Below are positions 1-9,736 of a DNA stretch of 32,041 nucleotides, piece by piece (the stretch's first letter is position 1; every line of letters begins with the position of its first letter). The stretch is from a virus. Taxonomy: Duplodnaviria > Caudoviricetes. The position numbers were made by a program, and so were the translations under genes. Location: positions 1 through 32,041 of the IMG/VR virus record IMGVR_UViG_3300046050_000096; one strand, given 5' to 3'. The notes beneath the pieces were generated by a model. It was not told the DNA's origin, did no database searches, and saw only the letters and a list, made by a program, of their open reading frames with translations.

Positions 1-1056
1 TCACGCGTCGAGGTACGTCGCCCGCAGCCGCGCGAGGAGCTGCCGCTGAAGACCCGGCGACAGCGCGCCGCCGAAGATGCGCAGGTCGGCGATGGCCCCT
101 TGCAGAAAGTTACCAGACGCGCCCTCTTTGCCCGCGTAGTACGTACCGTCCTCACGAAGCACGGTGTCCACGTCGTCGCTCACCTGCTGCCCCCCCACGA
201 TGAAGACGCGGCCCCGCCCCGGTTTGTAGCTAACGAGGAACTCAACGAATTCCCCAAGCACGACGGTGCTTGGCGGGGACTTAATGACGGGGGCCTGGCC
301 GATGCGCAGCGATAGCCGATTTACGCTGTCTTGCGTGTCGAGGTCGATCTCTGCATCGGTTCCGTCTTCGCCCCCGACCACTGTGTGATTCTTGTCCACA
401 TCCAGTCTTACGACGCCAGCAAACGTGAACCCGTAGTCGCCGGGCCGAAACACCGGATCGGCAAGCTGGAGGGCGTCGTCGGTGCCGTCAAACGTAAGCA
501 CCGGAAAATCTCCGCTGGCATCCTTGCCAGGCTGCTCGCTGCTGGTGCCCTGTGTCGCGTCGTGCCCGTAGCTGCTTTTATCCGTCCACGTGCCCGCCCC
601 GTCGTAACTATCGCCGTCGCCCCAAAACAGCAACCCCTCGTTGCGTTGCAAATCGCCGATCCCTTTCAGCGAAATCTCGCCGGTGAGCGCCTCCCCGGTG
701 CCGCCGCCAGTGGGCAGTTCGGGCACGAGGCAGGAGCCCTCCTTCGTGGCCCCGTTTGGATAGGAAAGCACGACGTATGCGGGTTGTGCGTTGGCGTGCG
801 CGTTGCGGAGAATCCGGTAGCCTTCCCCTGGCTGCACGCGCTCGCCAGCGTAGGTATGAAGCCGCCCGGCCTGAACGTCCCAACTGCCTTGCCCTGGCAC
901 GCTGTACGTACTGTCGTAGCCGTCGGGGTTCGCCGCCTCCAGTGTTTCCAACTTGGAGTTCAGCGATCTGCTGCGCACGCTGCCCACGCGCAGCAGCACT
1001 CCGTCTTCGGGGCGGCGCACTAAAAGCGTGAAGTAATCGGAGAGGGTAGCAGGCAT
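1..1056 (-). CDS. Tail-tube-like N-terminal domain fused to a LamG/concanavalin A-like C-terminal domain (351 aa)
   Basis: N-terminal ~135 aa has tail-tube-like features (SRSLNSKLETLEA, SWDVQAG, GEISLKGIG). The C-terminal part (LTFDGTDD...FLQGAIADLRIFGGALS) is LamG-like and clearly paralogous to the C-terminus of 9737..10816. Confidence 0.7.
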   Translation of the reverse strand: MPATLSDYFTLLVRRPEDGVLLRVGSVRSRSLNSKLETLEAANPDGYDSTYSVPGQGSWDVQAGRLHTYAGERVQPGEGYRILRNAHANAQPAYVVLSYPNGATKEGSCLVPELPTGGGTGEALTGEISLKGIGDLQRNEGLLFWGDGDSYDGAGTWTDKSSYGHDATQGTSSEQPGKDASGDFPVLTFDGTDDALQLADPVFRPGDYGFTFAGVVRLDVDKNHTVVGGEDGTDAEIDLDTQDSVNRLSLRIGQAPVIKSPPSTVVLGEFVEFLVSYKPGRGRVFIVGGQQVSDDVDTVLREDGTYYAGKEGASGNFLQGAIADLRIFGGALSPGLQRQLLARLRATYLDA

Positions 1057-1062
1057 GAGCTG

Positions 1063-3102
1063 TTATTTGTTCGAGTCGAAACCGTCGACAACAGCGGTGT
1101 GAAAGCGATTGCCGCTCCACGAGTTAGCAACCACGACCCCATCATACCCCTCGGGCATGTGAACGCCAGCAGCGCGAATACCTTGATTGCCGCTATACAA
1201 ATAGCCGTTGTGCCAATAGGACGGCCCCCGTTTGCGATTTTGCAGAATCAGCCGCAGCTCTTCCTGGAGCATTTGCCGAAACGACGAAGGCGACAGGACC
1301 CTGCCGGTGCGAAGCGAACGCATAAATGCCATAATATCGCGAGCACTCATGATCCAGCCTCCCACCCCCGTAAATGTTAGTTCCCCGAAGTCATGTCCCC
1401 CACTCGGCGTCGTACCGTGCTCATAGGCCAGCGCGTGCGAATCGTCAGCCGGGGGCGCTGAATATGCATTTTCGACGCAGCCAGCGAATATCTCCCGCTG
1501 TACGAAATCGTCGTATGCCTCCCCAGTCACTTCTTCGATAAGCGCCTCAATAACAGCGAGGGAGCCATTTTTGTAATCGTACTTTGCGCCCACCTCGTGC
1601 CCGAGCGGCCCGTCCAGATAATCCTGCACTTCCGTGTCGAACCCGCCGTAAAGGTCTATGTCTGTCGTCAACCCCGAACGCATTTGCAGAAACTGGCGAA
1701 CGGTAGCCTCTTCCGCCCCAGATGCAATAGAAGTATAACGATCTTTGAGGTACGGCCATGCGGCGTCACTCAAGCTCAAATGCCCTTGTTCGACGAGGCG
1801 CATTATGGCTACGGCAGTAATGGGCTTCGCAATACTGGCGCCGTGGCAAGGAGTATCCAGCGTAAAGGGCAGATCGCCTTCACCTGATGCACGTGCCTTT
1901 CCTCCCGAGTCAGACTGAACAACCGATCCGTTTTGCTCGATAATCCATGCGTAGCCCACCGGATTGTCGATTCCGGCAGAAATGGAGGAGGGGAAACTGG
2001 TTGATGCTGCCGACCGCGTTTGCGAAGAACGGCGCAGGAAAACAGTGCCATGAACGCCGTGGCTGTCAGTGTCTTTGCGAAACACCGGCGGCTCGAAATC
2101 CGATGCCCCCGGCACAGGCGTAGCCGAAACCATCCTTGCTGTCCGTGCGGTGCCAGAGCCGTCACTGCCCCACACCCACTCTTCGCGGATGTATTTCGAC
2201 CACCAAGATTCCTCCCCGTCGCCTGATTCGGAATGTGTGACGAACGGAAATCCAGCAACAATCCCGTCGGTCGGTAGTCCCGACGTATCTCCGAGAATCA
2301 CGTCTCGGGTGTTGCCAGACACTTCGTCTGTTGCACCGACGGTTACTTTTTCAACAGAGTTGCTGGATTCAATGCCACTGAACGCACGCGCAAGCCCGGC
2401 GAGCACCTGCGTACTTCCCCAAGAAAAAGTGAGGCTCTGGCCGTCGGATGAAAGAAAACCACCGTAGATGTAAGCACCTAAATCAGTGTCAGTTGGGTGA
2501 GGTTGCGAAGCCAGTTCGGTAAAGTCGCTTGGAGGTGATACGGAAGGATGGGTTTGTACTGTGAGAAGGACGAGCACATAATCTCCAGACTGCCAAGAAC
2601 TGTCGGAAAACACCGCTTCTGTTCCCTCGCCGTAGTCTATGGCCGTCCCCCGTTCGGTGAGCACGGCATAGGAAACCGGGCTAACTTCTGCAACTGGACC
2701 GCATCCAGAGGGGGCATATCGAAAGAAGTTCTTTCTAGTTGTGTCACCATCACTTACTGAAACTCCAATAACCACGAACGAAAGGTCTGAAGGCAGACCC
2801 GTTTCGTCTACGGTGATTTCTGGCACCCCTTCTGTCGACCCATCGCTCGCTTGGCTCTGCGAAAGTGACCCACTCAACCACGAAGGCCGCGCATCTCCAT
2901 CATTTTCTCCGCGCACCTCATCGGTGCCATCGGAGTAGGCCAGAAGCTCCACGAACACGTCAAATGCTTCAAGATTATCGCCATCCGCATCGGTTACGGC
3001 CACTCCGCCAGATACATCGGTAGGAGAAAACGAAGCAGTGCCGCTGGACACTCCTGCGTTCACCGTGTTGTCCTTGCGAGAAAAATCGGTTCGGTCAGCC
3101 AT
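1063..3102 (-). CDS. Tail-associated protein with C-terminal serine hydrolase domain of beta-lactamase class C / D-Ala-D-Ala carboxypeptidase type (679 aa)
   Basis: Start ATG at 3102 overlaps the upstream stop (TAATG). Motifs SxxK (ASIAK), LQMRSG, YxN (YKN) and HxG (WHNG) are present. N-terminal half is Ser/Thr/Asp/Gly-rich and beta-sandwich-like. Confidence 0.85.
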   Translation of the reverse strand: MADRTDFSRKDNTVNAGVSSGTASFSPTDVSGGVAVTDADGDNLEAFDVFVELLAYSDGTDEVRGENDGDARPSWLSGSLSQSQASDGSTEGVPEITVDETGLPSDLSFVVIGVSVSDGDTTRKNFFRYAPSGCGPVAEVSPVSYAVLTERGTAIDYGEGTEAVFSDSSWQSGDYVLVLLTVQTHPSVSPPSDFTELASQPHPTDTDLGAYIYGGFLSSDGQSLTFSWGSTQVLAGLARAFSGIESSNSVEKVTVGATDEVSGNTRDVILGDTSGLPTDGIVAGFPFVTHSESGDGEESWWSKYIREEWVWGSDGSGTARTARMVSATPVPGASDFEPPVFRKDTDSHGVHGTVFLRRSSQTRSAASTSFPSSISAGIDNPVGYAWIIEQNGSVVQSDSGGKARASGEGDLPFTLDTPCHGASIAKPITAVAIMRLVEQGHLSLSDAAWPYLKDRYTSIASGAEEATVRQFLQMRSGLTTDIDLYGGFDTEVQDYLDGPLGHEVGAKYDYKNGSLAVIEALIEEVTGEAYDDFVQREIFAGCVENAYSAPPADDSHALAYEHGTTPSGGHDFGELTFTGVGGWIMSARDIMAFMRSLRTGRVLSPSSFRQMLQEELRLILQNRKRGPSYWHNGYLYSGNQGIRAAGVHMPEGYDGVVVANSWSGNRFHTAVVDGFDSNK

Positions 3103-5903
3103 TATTCGGCGCGAACGTCTGAAAGGGTATATTGAGGAGGCGTGCCTGCTTCGGCACGAACATCCGAGAGACTCCAAACCGGAACGTCTCCGCAACAATC
3201 ATCCACACGAGCACGAAGCGTCGAAACTTCGTCCTCAAGTGTAGAAATCCGCCTGCGATGTGTCGATAGCGTATCGGCTTGCTGGTCCTGCTTGGATTCG
3301 AGTTGGCGCACGATCCGAAGCAACGCCCGGTGGCCGAAGTACACGCCGCTCCCGCTCGCCAGCGCCCCGTCGAGCGCCACGTCCGCCGTCGCGTCGTCTG
3401 CGTCGGCCACCTCCAGCGTCGTGTCGTCCGTGCCCTGGTCATCCGTCACCTGCATCTCGATGGGTCGACCGCTCGCGTGATTGACGACAACGATGCGGTC
3501 GCCTTTTTGCAAGACCGCCTCGCCCTGCGCCGTCACCGGAAGTGACGAGATGCTGCCTGAAGCCACCTCCGCGGTTGTTGTAGCAAGCGGATTCTTCGAG
3601 GCAACGTAGCCGGCCAGCTCGCGCACGTCGGCGGCTGCGGTCTCGAGCGTCGTGTCGATGCCGCGCTCGCCATCGTCGGAGGGCGCATCGAAACCGTCGC
3701 CTTCTTCTGCTTCGCTGGTCGTCTCGTAGCTGACGTCGGTGTACTGGAGGCGCACCCACTCCGCGGCGTCGGTGGCGTGGTAGAGGTCTTTCGACAAGCT
3801 GGACGGATGGTAGCGCGCCGTACCCGACGAGCCACTGGCGAGCCGCGCTCCCGGCACGGCGAAGGCTTGTCCCGGGCGGTACGGTGCGTCGTCTGCACCG
3901 GTGAGCAGCGCGTACGTCTCCTGCCGTACCTCCAGCACGCTCGCCTGCGCGGACACCCACGTCGCCGCCATCAACTCGTCAAGGAGCAGCGCGCTTTCGG
4001 CCTCGCCGCTGGCGTACGGGCCGCGCTTCCAGTCGGTCGCCAGCGCGCCGTCCCAAGTCAGTCGCGTCGGGTGCGCGAGGGTGGGGCCTTCGCCGAGGTA
4101 CACCTCCACCTCGTCTTTCTCGCCTTCGGCTCCGGTGCTCACGATGGTGCGGCGCGCGCCGAGCACGTCGCCATTTTCGTCGGCGAGGTAGAGCCGCACG
4201 TTATCCCAGATCACCGCAAAGGCTTTTTTGCGGTCATCGCCGGGGTTTTGCTCCCCGGACGAGTAAAGCGTGATCGTAGGTGTCCCTCCAGTCGGGTGAG
4301 GCGGCGTGATGAAGGTGAAGCTGTTGTCTTTGTCTACCGGCACGCCGACCTCGCCGGCCTTCTTCCCCTGAAAGGCCACGACCGGGAATTTCGATTCGGA
4401 GGCAGTCTCGCCGACAGCACGCCATTCGCAGTCTTGCCAGATGCCTTCGTCGTCCGGGCTGATCGGTACCAAGAAATAATCACCGACCTTGAGCTCTGCA
4501 TACGTCTCATGTAAAATCGGATTGTCAACAGGGCGGTATTTCGGACGCACCTTGAAGTCGGCGCCGAACGCGACCGGCAGGCCCTCCGGCACGATCCGCG
4601 ACGTCCCCGACTTGGACTGCGCCGACACTCCGTCGTCGCGGACGCGACTTCGCACGAAGCTCGGGTCATCCGACGGTCCCGTCACCATCGAGGGCAAATA
4701 CAGCCCCAGCTTCGTGCTCACCTGATCAGCAGACTGTCCGTAGTCGTCGATGAAGGGGGTTCCAATATCGTCTTGCGTATAGTCCTCGTACTTCTTCGCA
4801 TCGACGCTGTGGATGCCCGTGAAGCCGTCGTTGTAATTCCAGCCGGGTGCTCCGTCTGTCAAGCCCCGCCCTTCCTGAAAATCGCCGTTGCCTATGAAGT
4901 CGCCGACTGGCCCGTAGCTGTACAGCGTCTCGGCGGTGCCGCGGCTGGGACGATACGAGCGCTTGCCCTTGCGCCGCTCGTGTCCCTGCGCTGGGTCGTA
5001 CTGGAGCGCGCCGGCCGCCTCTTCGGTGCCCTGCGCGGTGCCGTCGGCCGCGTACACGTGCCGCGTGTAGGGCTTCCCGCCCGCCATCAACTCGCGGCTC
5101 ACGAGGTGCCACCGCCCGCCGTACTGAAAGAGCTGCGCGCCGGTCACGTAGAGGATCTGCTTCAACACCGCGTGGCAGTCGAGCGCGTCGCCTTCGTCGT
5201 CGGCGAACGCCTCGCCGCTGACTTCCAGATGCGCGAGCGGGTCTTCCGCGCTGGACCGGTCTGTCGCCGTCGCCGCCTGGTAGGGGTACCACGCCAGCGC
5301 CGACGTGAGCGGCAGGCTGTACGACAGCTTCCCGAGCGCGCGTTGCACGTGTACCAGCAGCGACTCGCGCACGGTCGGCGTCGAGCCGTCCGGGTACGTG
5401 AGGCCGGTCGATGCGGAATAGTTGGGGCCGCCGCCCGAGGTGTACGGCACGTCCTTGAGGCTGCCGATACCATCGACGGCCTGAACCGCGACGCGGTTCG
5501 GCGCGGTCATCGTGCTGTCGCTGTACACGTCTGTCTTGACACGCCCCGTCCAGTACAGCGACCGGGTGCCCGCCTCGCCAAACGTCTCCTCGATCTCCAG
5601 CAAAAAGCGCCCGTTCGGCGCGCCAAGCAGCTCGTCAAGCAGTCCGGTGCCGCCGACCTTCCAGAACTGCGCCTCGGCGTGGGAGGCCAAAAGCGGCGTG
5701 TAAATGTCGCTCCCCTTGCGCCCCCACGAGAGTGAAAGTGGCGAGTCAGTCGGGTGCGCGTAGCCTTCGCCCTCCGGGTCGCGCTCGTCAAAGAGGAGCG
5801 TCGTCGCGTCGCCGGTGTAGCCGCGCTCCAAGAGGCGCACGTAGGCGTGCCCGCCGTAAGCTGACGCGACACGCGAGTCGTACCTGACGCCGAAGGTAGC
5901 CAT
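3102..5903 (-). CDS. Large minor tail / tail-tip protein (933 aa)
   Basis: Directly downstream of the tape measure gene; tail-hub-like segments (LYWTGRV, AVDGIGSLKDVPY, GAQLFQYGGRWHL); C-terminal coiled coil. Confidence 0.75.
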   Translation of the reverse strand: MATFGVRYDSRVASAYGGHAYVRLLERGYTGDATTLLFDERDPEGEGYAHPTDSPLSLSWGRKGSDIYTPLLASHAEAQFWKVGGTGLLDELLGAPNGRFLLEIEETFGEAGTRSLYWTGRVKTDVYSDSTMTAPNRVAVQAVDGIGSLKDVPYTSGGGPNYSASTGLTYPDGSTPTVRESLLVHVQRALGKLSYSLPLTSALAWYPYQAATATDRSSAEDPLAHLEVSGEAFADDEGDALDCHAVLKQILYVTGAQLFQYGGRWHLVSRELMAGGKPYTRHVYAADGTAQGTEEAAGALQYDPAQGHERRKGKRSYRPSRGTAETLYSYGPVGDFIGNGDFQEGRGLTDGAPGWNYNDGFTGIHSVDAKKYEDYTQDDIGTPFIDDYGQSADQVSTKLGLYLPSMVTGPSDDPSFVRSRVRDDGVSAQSKSGTSRIVPEGLPVAFGADFKVRPKYRPVDNPILHETYAELKVGDYFLVPISPDDEGIWQDCEWRAVGETASESKFPVVAFQGKKAGEVGVPVDKDNSFTFITPPHPTGGTPTITLYSSGEQNPGDDRKKAFAVIWDNVRLYLADENGDVLGARRTIVSTGAEGEKDEVEVYLGEGPTLAHPTRLTWDGALATDWKRGPYASGEAESALLLDELMAATWVSAQASVLEVRQETYALLTGADDAPYRPGQAFAVPGARLASGSSGTARYHPSSLSKDLYHATDAAEWVRLQYTDVSYETTSEAEEGDGFDAPSDDGERGIDTTLETAAADVRELAGYVASKNPLATTTAEVASGSISSLPVTAQGEAVLQKGDRIVVVNHASGRPIEMQVTDDQGTDDTTLEVADADDATADVALDGALASGSGVYFGHRALLRIVRQLESKQDQQADTLSTHRRRISTLEDEVSTLRARVDDCCGDVPVWSLSDVRAEAGTPPQYTLSDVRAE

Positions 5904-5907
5904 GCGC

Positions 5908-8319
5908 TTATTGCTTGTCGGTTCCGTAGGCGTCGAGACGGCGCTGGCCCTCCTCCTGCGAGAAGACGAGGTCGCCGCTGGGCGTGACGCTGGGCGTCAC
6001 CTTGACCTCGACTTCCTGTTTCTGCGGCGCGCTGGAACCGCCCCCGCCCGACGCGCCCGAAGAGGTATCCGACGTGCTGCCGGTGTCGGTTGCGTTGCCG
6101 CCGCCGGCCGTGTAGTCTACCGGGCTGCTGCGCAGACCGCTACCGGCGGCAGCGGCCCCCTGCACGGCGCGGTTGCTGTCGGACAGCGCCGCGCTCAGCG
6201 CCGCCCCCGCGGCCACCAGCGCCGCGCCGATGCCGATAGCTGCGTACGGATTCAGAAAGCCTCCGCTCGAAAAGAAAGACGCCATCAGCGCGCCATAGCT
6301 GATCAGCAGACCACCAATCTTCTTCATCACGCCAGCCAGAATGTCGAGCAGCTTTTTGCCTACGTCTTTGAACGAGCCGCCCGTCACCAGCATCTTCCCG
6401 ATGCCCTCGGCGAGGCTGCTGATTGCATTCGCGAGCCCCTTCTGAAGCGTCTTGTTGATCTGCTTGAGCGTCTGCTTGAACGCTTCCTGCATTTCCAAAA
6501 AATTGGCAACGGCTTTCGCCCCTCCGCTTTTCACCAGCGACGCCATCCGCTGGAAGCCCACACCGAACTCTTTGGCCGCCGTTTTGATGAAGCCCGGCTG
6601 CTTCGCAATCTTCGCCGTCTGCTTCTGGAGGCCTTTCGCCACCGTCTTCAACGGTTCAAGCTTACTCACATCAACCGTCGGCACCTGTAAGCCTCCGCCG
6701 CCCGACACGTCGCTTTTCGGCGCGCCCTGCGTGCTGTCTCCACCACCGCCGCTACTTCCGCTCATGCTTCCGCTGGAGGATGCAGACGACATGCGGGAAA
6801 AGCTCGACTCGACGGCATCAGCAGTCCTTCCGGCCTCGATGCGCATCTCTTTCAGCGACGAGATCATCGTCTCGATCCCGCCAGCCATGTCGTCGCCGTA
6901 CCCCGGCACCTTTTCGGCGAGCGCCTGCACCACCCGCAAGACGCGGCGCGTAGCCGTAACCGCGGTGTTGACGACGAGACGCCACGCCGTTTTAGCCACC
7001 GACTTCACGTCTGCCCACGCCTCCGCCCAGTCGCCCGTGAGGACGTTCAGGAACGCCCCGATGGTGTCGCCGGCGATGCTGATGAGCGTCTTGATCTGCC
7101 GGACCGCCTCCCCGAAGTAGTCGGAGACGACGGCCTGTATGGTGTCGCCCCATGCTTCCCAAGCCGCCGACGCCCAGTCGATCCACTGCGCGATCATCTT
7201 GCGCAGGTCCGTGAGCACCGGCCGCGCCGCCGACAGGAGTGCGCCGAAGATCTCTTTCGCGCCGGACACGAAGCCGTCCAGCGCGCTCTTCGCCGCGCCG
7301 ATCGCGCCGGGAAAACGTCCTTCAAGCCACGAGGTCACCGAATCCCAATTGTCATGCAACTTCTTCCCTGCCGTCGCCAATGCACCGACCGCCGCAACAG
7401 TCGCCAGCACCGGCGAAGAGAGCGACGTGAAGGCCGCCAGGAGCGGCGTCGCCAGCGCCGTCATCGCGCCGATGGGACCGACCGCCTGACGCACCGCGGC
7501 GAGCATGCGCTGGAAACCGCCAACAACCGCTGTGATCGCCGGCGCCAGCGGCACGAGCACTGCTTCCAAGAAGCGCAGGGCCAGCGTCGTCACCTCCGCG
7601 AGCGTAGGCATGAGCACTTCGGAGACCGGCCCGCTCACGCCAGCAATGCTGCCCATCACCTCGCCGAGCACGCGCACGATGCGCCCCATCCCGGCGAGGA
7701 ATGCCTTCGAGGCGCGCGCCGCGCCGTCCATACCGCTACGTAGCCCGTCGAGCATCCTGGCCACGCTGCGTCCCAAGATCCCCATGCTGTCAGCCAGCGC
7801 CTGCGTGAGCGGGGCCGCCGCCTCGATCAGGCGGCGCACGCTTGGCATCACCGCAGTCGCGAAGCGGGAGAGGCCGCTCGTCGCCGTCTGAATCTGCGGG
7901 GCGAGCGCCTTGAACGAGGCCCCAAGGTCGGGCGCGATGGCGTCGAAGGTGCCTTGCAGTTGGCGCGCCACGTCGGGGAGCACGTCCGCGATGGGCGCGG
8001 CGAGGTCTTGCATTTCGCTTTTCACGCCGGAGGCCAGCCCCGAAAAGGCGCTCTGCACTTTCTCCGACTGCGCCGCCGCCGCGATGCCGATCCCCGCCAT
8101 CGACCCGACCGCCGCGGCTCCGGCCGCGCCGGCGGCCACGCCGATCCCGGTAATGGCCGTTCCAAGCCCCAGCGCCGACGTGACGCCGGCGCTGGCGGCC
8201 TTGTTCATGCGGCCGATGCTTTGCCCGAAGCCGCGCAGCTGCCCCTTCGCCTTCGAGAGCGCCCGCCGCAGCCCTTTCAGCTCGCCGGTGATTTCGACTT
8301 TTAGCTCGCCGGCGGTCAT
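5908..8319 (-). CDS. Tail tape measure protein (803 aa)
   Basis: N-terminus MTAGELKVEITGE; Ala/Gly-rich helical sequence with periodic Trp (NWDSV, GDWAEAW) and hydrophobic stretches; follows the tail chaperone pair. Confidence 0.9.
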   Translation of the reverse strand: MTAGELKVEITGELKGLRRALSKAKGQLRGFGQSIGRMNKAASAGVTSALGLGTAITGIGVAAGAAGAAAVGSMAGIGIAAAAQSEKVQSAFSGLASGVKSEMQDLAAPIADVLPDVARQLQGTFDAIAPDLGASFKALAPQIQTATSGLSRFATAVMPSVRRLIEAAAPLTQALADSMGILGRSVARMLDGLRSGMDGAARASKAFLAGMGRIVRVLGEVMGSIAGVSGPVSEVLMPTLAEVTTLALRFLEAVLVPLAPAITAVVGGFQRMLAAVRQAVGPIGAMTALATPLLAAFTSLSSPVLATVAAVGALATAGKKLHDNWDSVTSWLEGRFPGAIGAAKSALDGFVSGAKEIFGALLSAARPVLTDLRKMIAQWIDWASAAWEAWGDTIQAVVSDYFGEAVRQIKTLISIAGDTIGAFLNVLTGDWAEAWADVKSVAKTAWRLVVNTAVTATRRVLRVVQALAEKVPGYGDDMAGGIETMISSLKEMRIEAGRTADAVESSFSRMSSASSSGSMSGSSGGGGDSTQGAPKSDVSGGGGLQVPTVDVSKLEPLKTVAKGLQKQTAKIAKQPGFIKTAAKEFGVGFQRMASLVKSGGAKAVANFLEMQEAFKQTLKQINKTLQKGLANAISSLAEGIGKMLVTGGSFKDVGKKLLDILAGVMKKIGGLLISYGALMASFFSSGGFLNPYAAIGIGAALVAAGAALSAALSDSNRAVQGAAAAGSGLRSSPVDYTAGGGNATDTGSTSDTSSGASGGGGSSAPQKQEVEVKVTPSVTPSGDLVFSQEEGQRRLDAYGTDKQ

Positions 8320-8354
8320 AGCTTAGCAGGCGTTCTTCTTGAAAAAATGTCTTT

Positions 8355-8657
8355 TCAGGAAATGCCTTTTTGCTCGCGGAGCTCGTCGAGCTCGTCGGTG
8401 AGGGCGTCCCACTCGCTTGCGCTCGGCGCGCTGGCGTCGCCTTCGCCTTCGGAGAAGAGCTCCTCGTACCCAAGCGGCTCCATATCCATGAAGCCGCGCA
8501 TGTGGTTGGCCAGAAAAAGCGCCCGGTCCCAGTCGTCTCGGTGCTTCGCCTCCCGTCGCTTGCGCTCCGCCTCGACGCGGCGCGCGAACTCGCGCGGAAG
8601 CATCTCCCAAAAAGCGCGCTCGCTGATCCCGGCCGCTGCAGCGGTGTCAAGCATCAT
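8355..8657 (-). CDS. Tail assembly chaperone, second frame (gpT-like), probably expressed as a -1 frameshift fusion with 8654..9157
   Basis: GISERAFWEMLPREF is typical of gpT-like domains; this frame is open back to the GGGAAAG site at 8771-8777. Confidence 0.8.
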   Translation of the reverse strand: MMLDTAAAAGISERAFWEMLPREFARRVEAERKRREAKHRDDWDRALFLANHMRGFMDMEPLGYEELFSEGEGDASAPSASEWDALTDELDELREQKGIS

Positions 8658-9157
8658 TCCCCACGTGGCCGCCGCCGGTCGGTCGTCCGGTCGCGCGCTT
8701 GCGCGGTCTCTTCTTTTCGAGACGCTTCCCGCTTGCTCTCCGCCGGCGCCTCCTGGGCCGGCGCTTGGGACTTTCCCGCTGCGGTGATGTGCTCCATCAC
8801 CGTTTCGAAGAGCTGCTTCTGGCGCGCCTCGCTCATCTCGTCAATCCAGTCGGCGACCTGGATCCAGTCGCGCGGCGGGGACGGCGGCTGGTGGCCCTCC
8901 CTCGCGCGCTTGCGCGCTCCGTCCTTGAGCGCCACGTAGATGACAGCAAGCACGTCGCCGATCTGCATCTCGCGCCCGTCGATCTCGCCTTCTTCGAGAA
9001 CGCTTTCGTCCTCGTCGGCTGCCTCCGCAGCCTTCTGGAGCGCGGAGAGCGATACGTCGCGCATGTCGCAGAACTCCGCGTTGGCGGCCATGCCAAAGCG
9101 GATCGGGCGGTCTTTCCCGCCGACGTGAACGTCGATGATGGGGCGCGGAGAGGCCAT
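8654..9157 (-). CDS. Tail assembly chaperone (gpG-like, 167 aa)
   Basis: Lies between tail tube and tape measure genes; N-terminal VGGKDRPIRFG; contains the in-frame slippery heptamer. Confidence 0.8.
   Translation of the reverse strand: MASPRPIIDVHVGGKDRPIRFGMAANAEFCDMRDVSLSALQKAAEAADEDESVLEEGEIDGREMQIGDVLAVIYVALKDGARKRAREGHQPPSPPRDWIQVADWIDEMSEARQKQLFETVMEHITAAGKSQAPAQEAPAESKREASRKEETAQARDRTTDRRRPRGE
8771..8777 (-). other. Programmed -1 ribosomal frameshift site G GGA AAG
   Basis: Minus strand reads GCG GGA AAG (Ala-Gly-Lys), the same heptamer as lambda G-T; the -1 frame has no stop before joining ORF 8355..8657. Confidence 0.85.
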
Positions 9158-9238
9158 AGCGTGAGTTGGAGTGTAGCTTAGCGAAGAAAGGGCAGCTGCG
9201 CGGCTTCGGAGAAAAGCCGGGGATCATCCATTGGCGGC

Positions 9239-9700
9239 TCATCCGCCCGCCGTTTCGAGCTTGCCACTGAAGTCGGCGCTGAAGGAGTACTCGATGCGGG
9301 AGTTGGTCTCCCCTTCCAGGTCCAGCTGCGTGAGCGTGGCGACCTGCCCGTATGTTTTGGCATTTGCGTTGACCGAGCCGTCGGCGTTTACGGGAGTGAA
9401 GAAATACCAGTACTTCCCGTTTGCGTGCTGCTGCTCGTAAGCCTCCTCAATCACTTGCTGTCCCGCGTCGCTATAGACGAACAGGCCGCCGCCTTCGATG
9501 GAGGAGGTTTTCTCTCCCGGCTCGTTGGTGGCATGCGGGGCAGTGTCGTCAGTCGTGCTGTCCACCGCTTCAGTCGAGCGCGAGAAGCTCTTCGTTTGCG
9601 TGTGGCCAATCTTGGTGCGGTCTCCTGGCGCGGGCATGTCGTTGGCGCCCAGCGGCGCCGAGGGGAGCGCCATTTCGAGGATGTAGTCTTGGCCTTGCAT
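9239..9700 (-). CDS. Major tail tube protein (153 aa)
   Basis: Tube-like motifs (KSFSRSTEAVDSTT, SSIEGGG, EYSFSADFSG); immediately upstream of the tail chaperones. Confidence 0.8.
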   Translation of the reverse strand: MQGQDYILEMALPSAPLGANDMPAPGDRTKIGHTQTKSFSRSTEAVDSTTDDTAPHATNEPGEKTSSIEGGGLFVYSDAGQQVIEEAYEQQHANGKYWYFFTPVNADGSVNANAKTYGQVATLTQLDLEGETNSRIEYSFSADFSGKLETAGG

Positions 9701-9736
9701 CGTATCGAAGAAGGGGTCGGTAGGGAGGGGAGCGAG

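Noticed and set aside
1063-3102. Antibiotic resistance gene call
   Set aside because: The fold is shared by many peptidases and esterases; there is no signal peptide and the gene is coupled within the tail operon.
9195-9225. Hairpin CGGCTT...AAGCCG after the tail tube gene as a terminator
   Set aside because: Short stem with no following U-tract on the coding strand.
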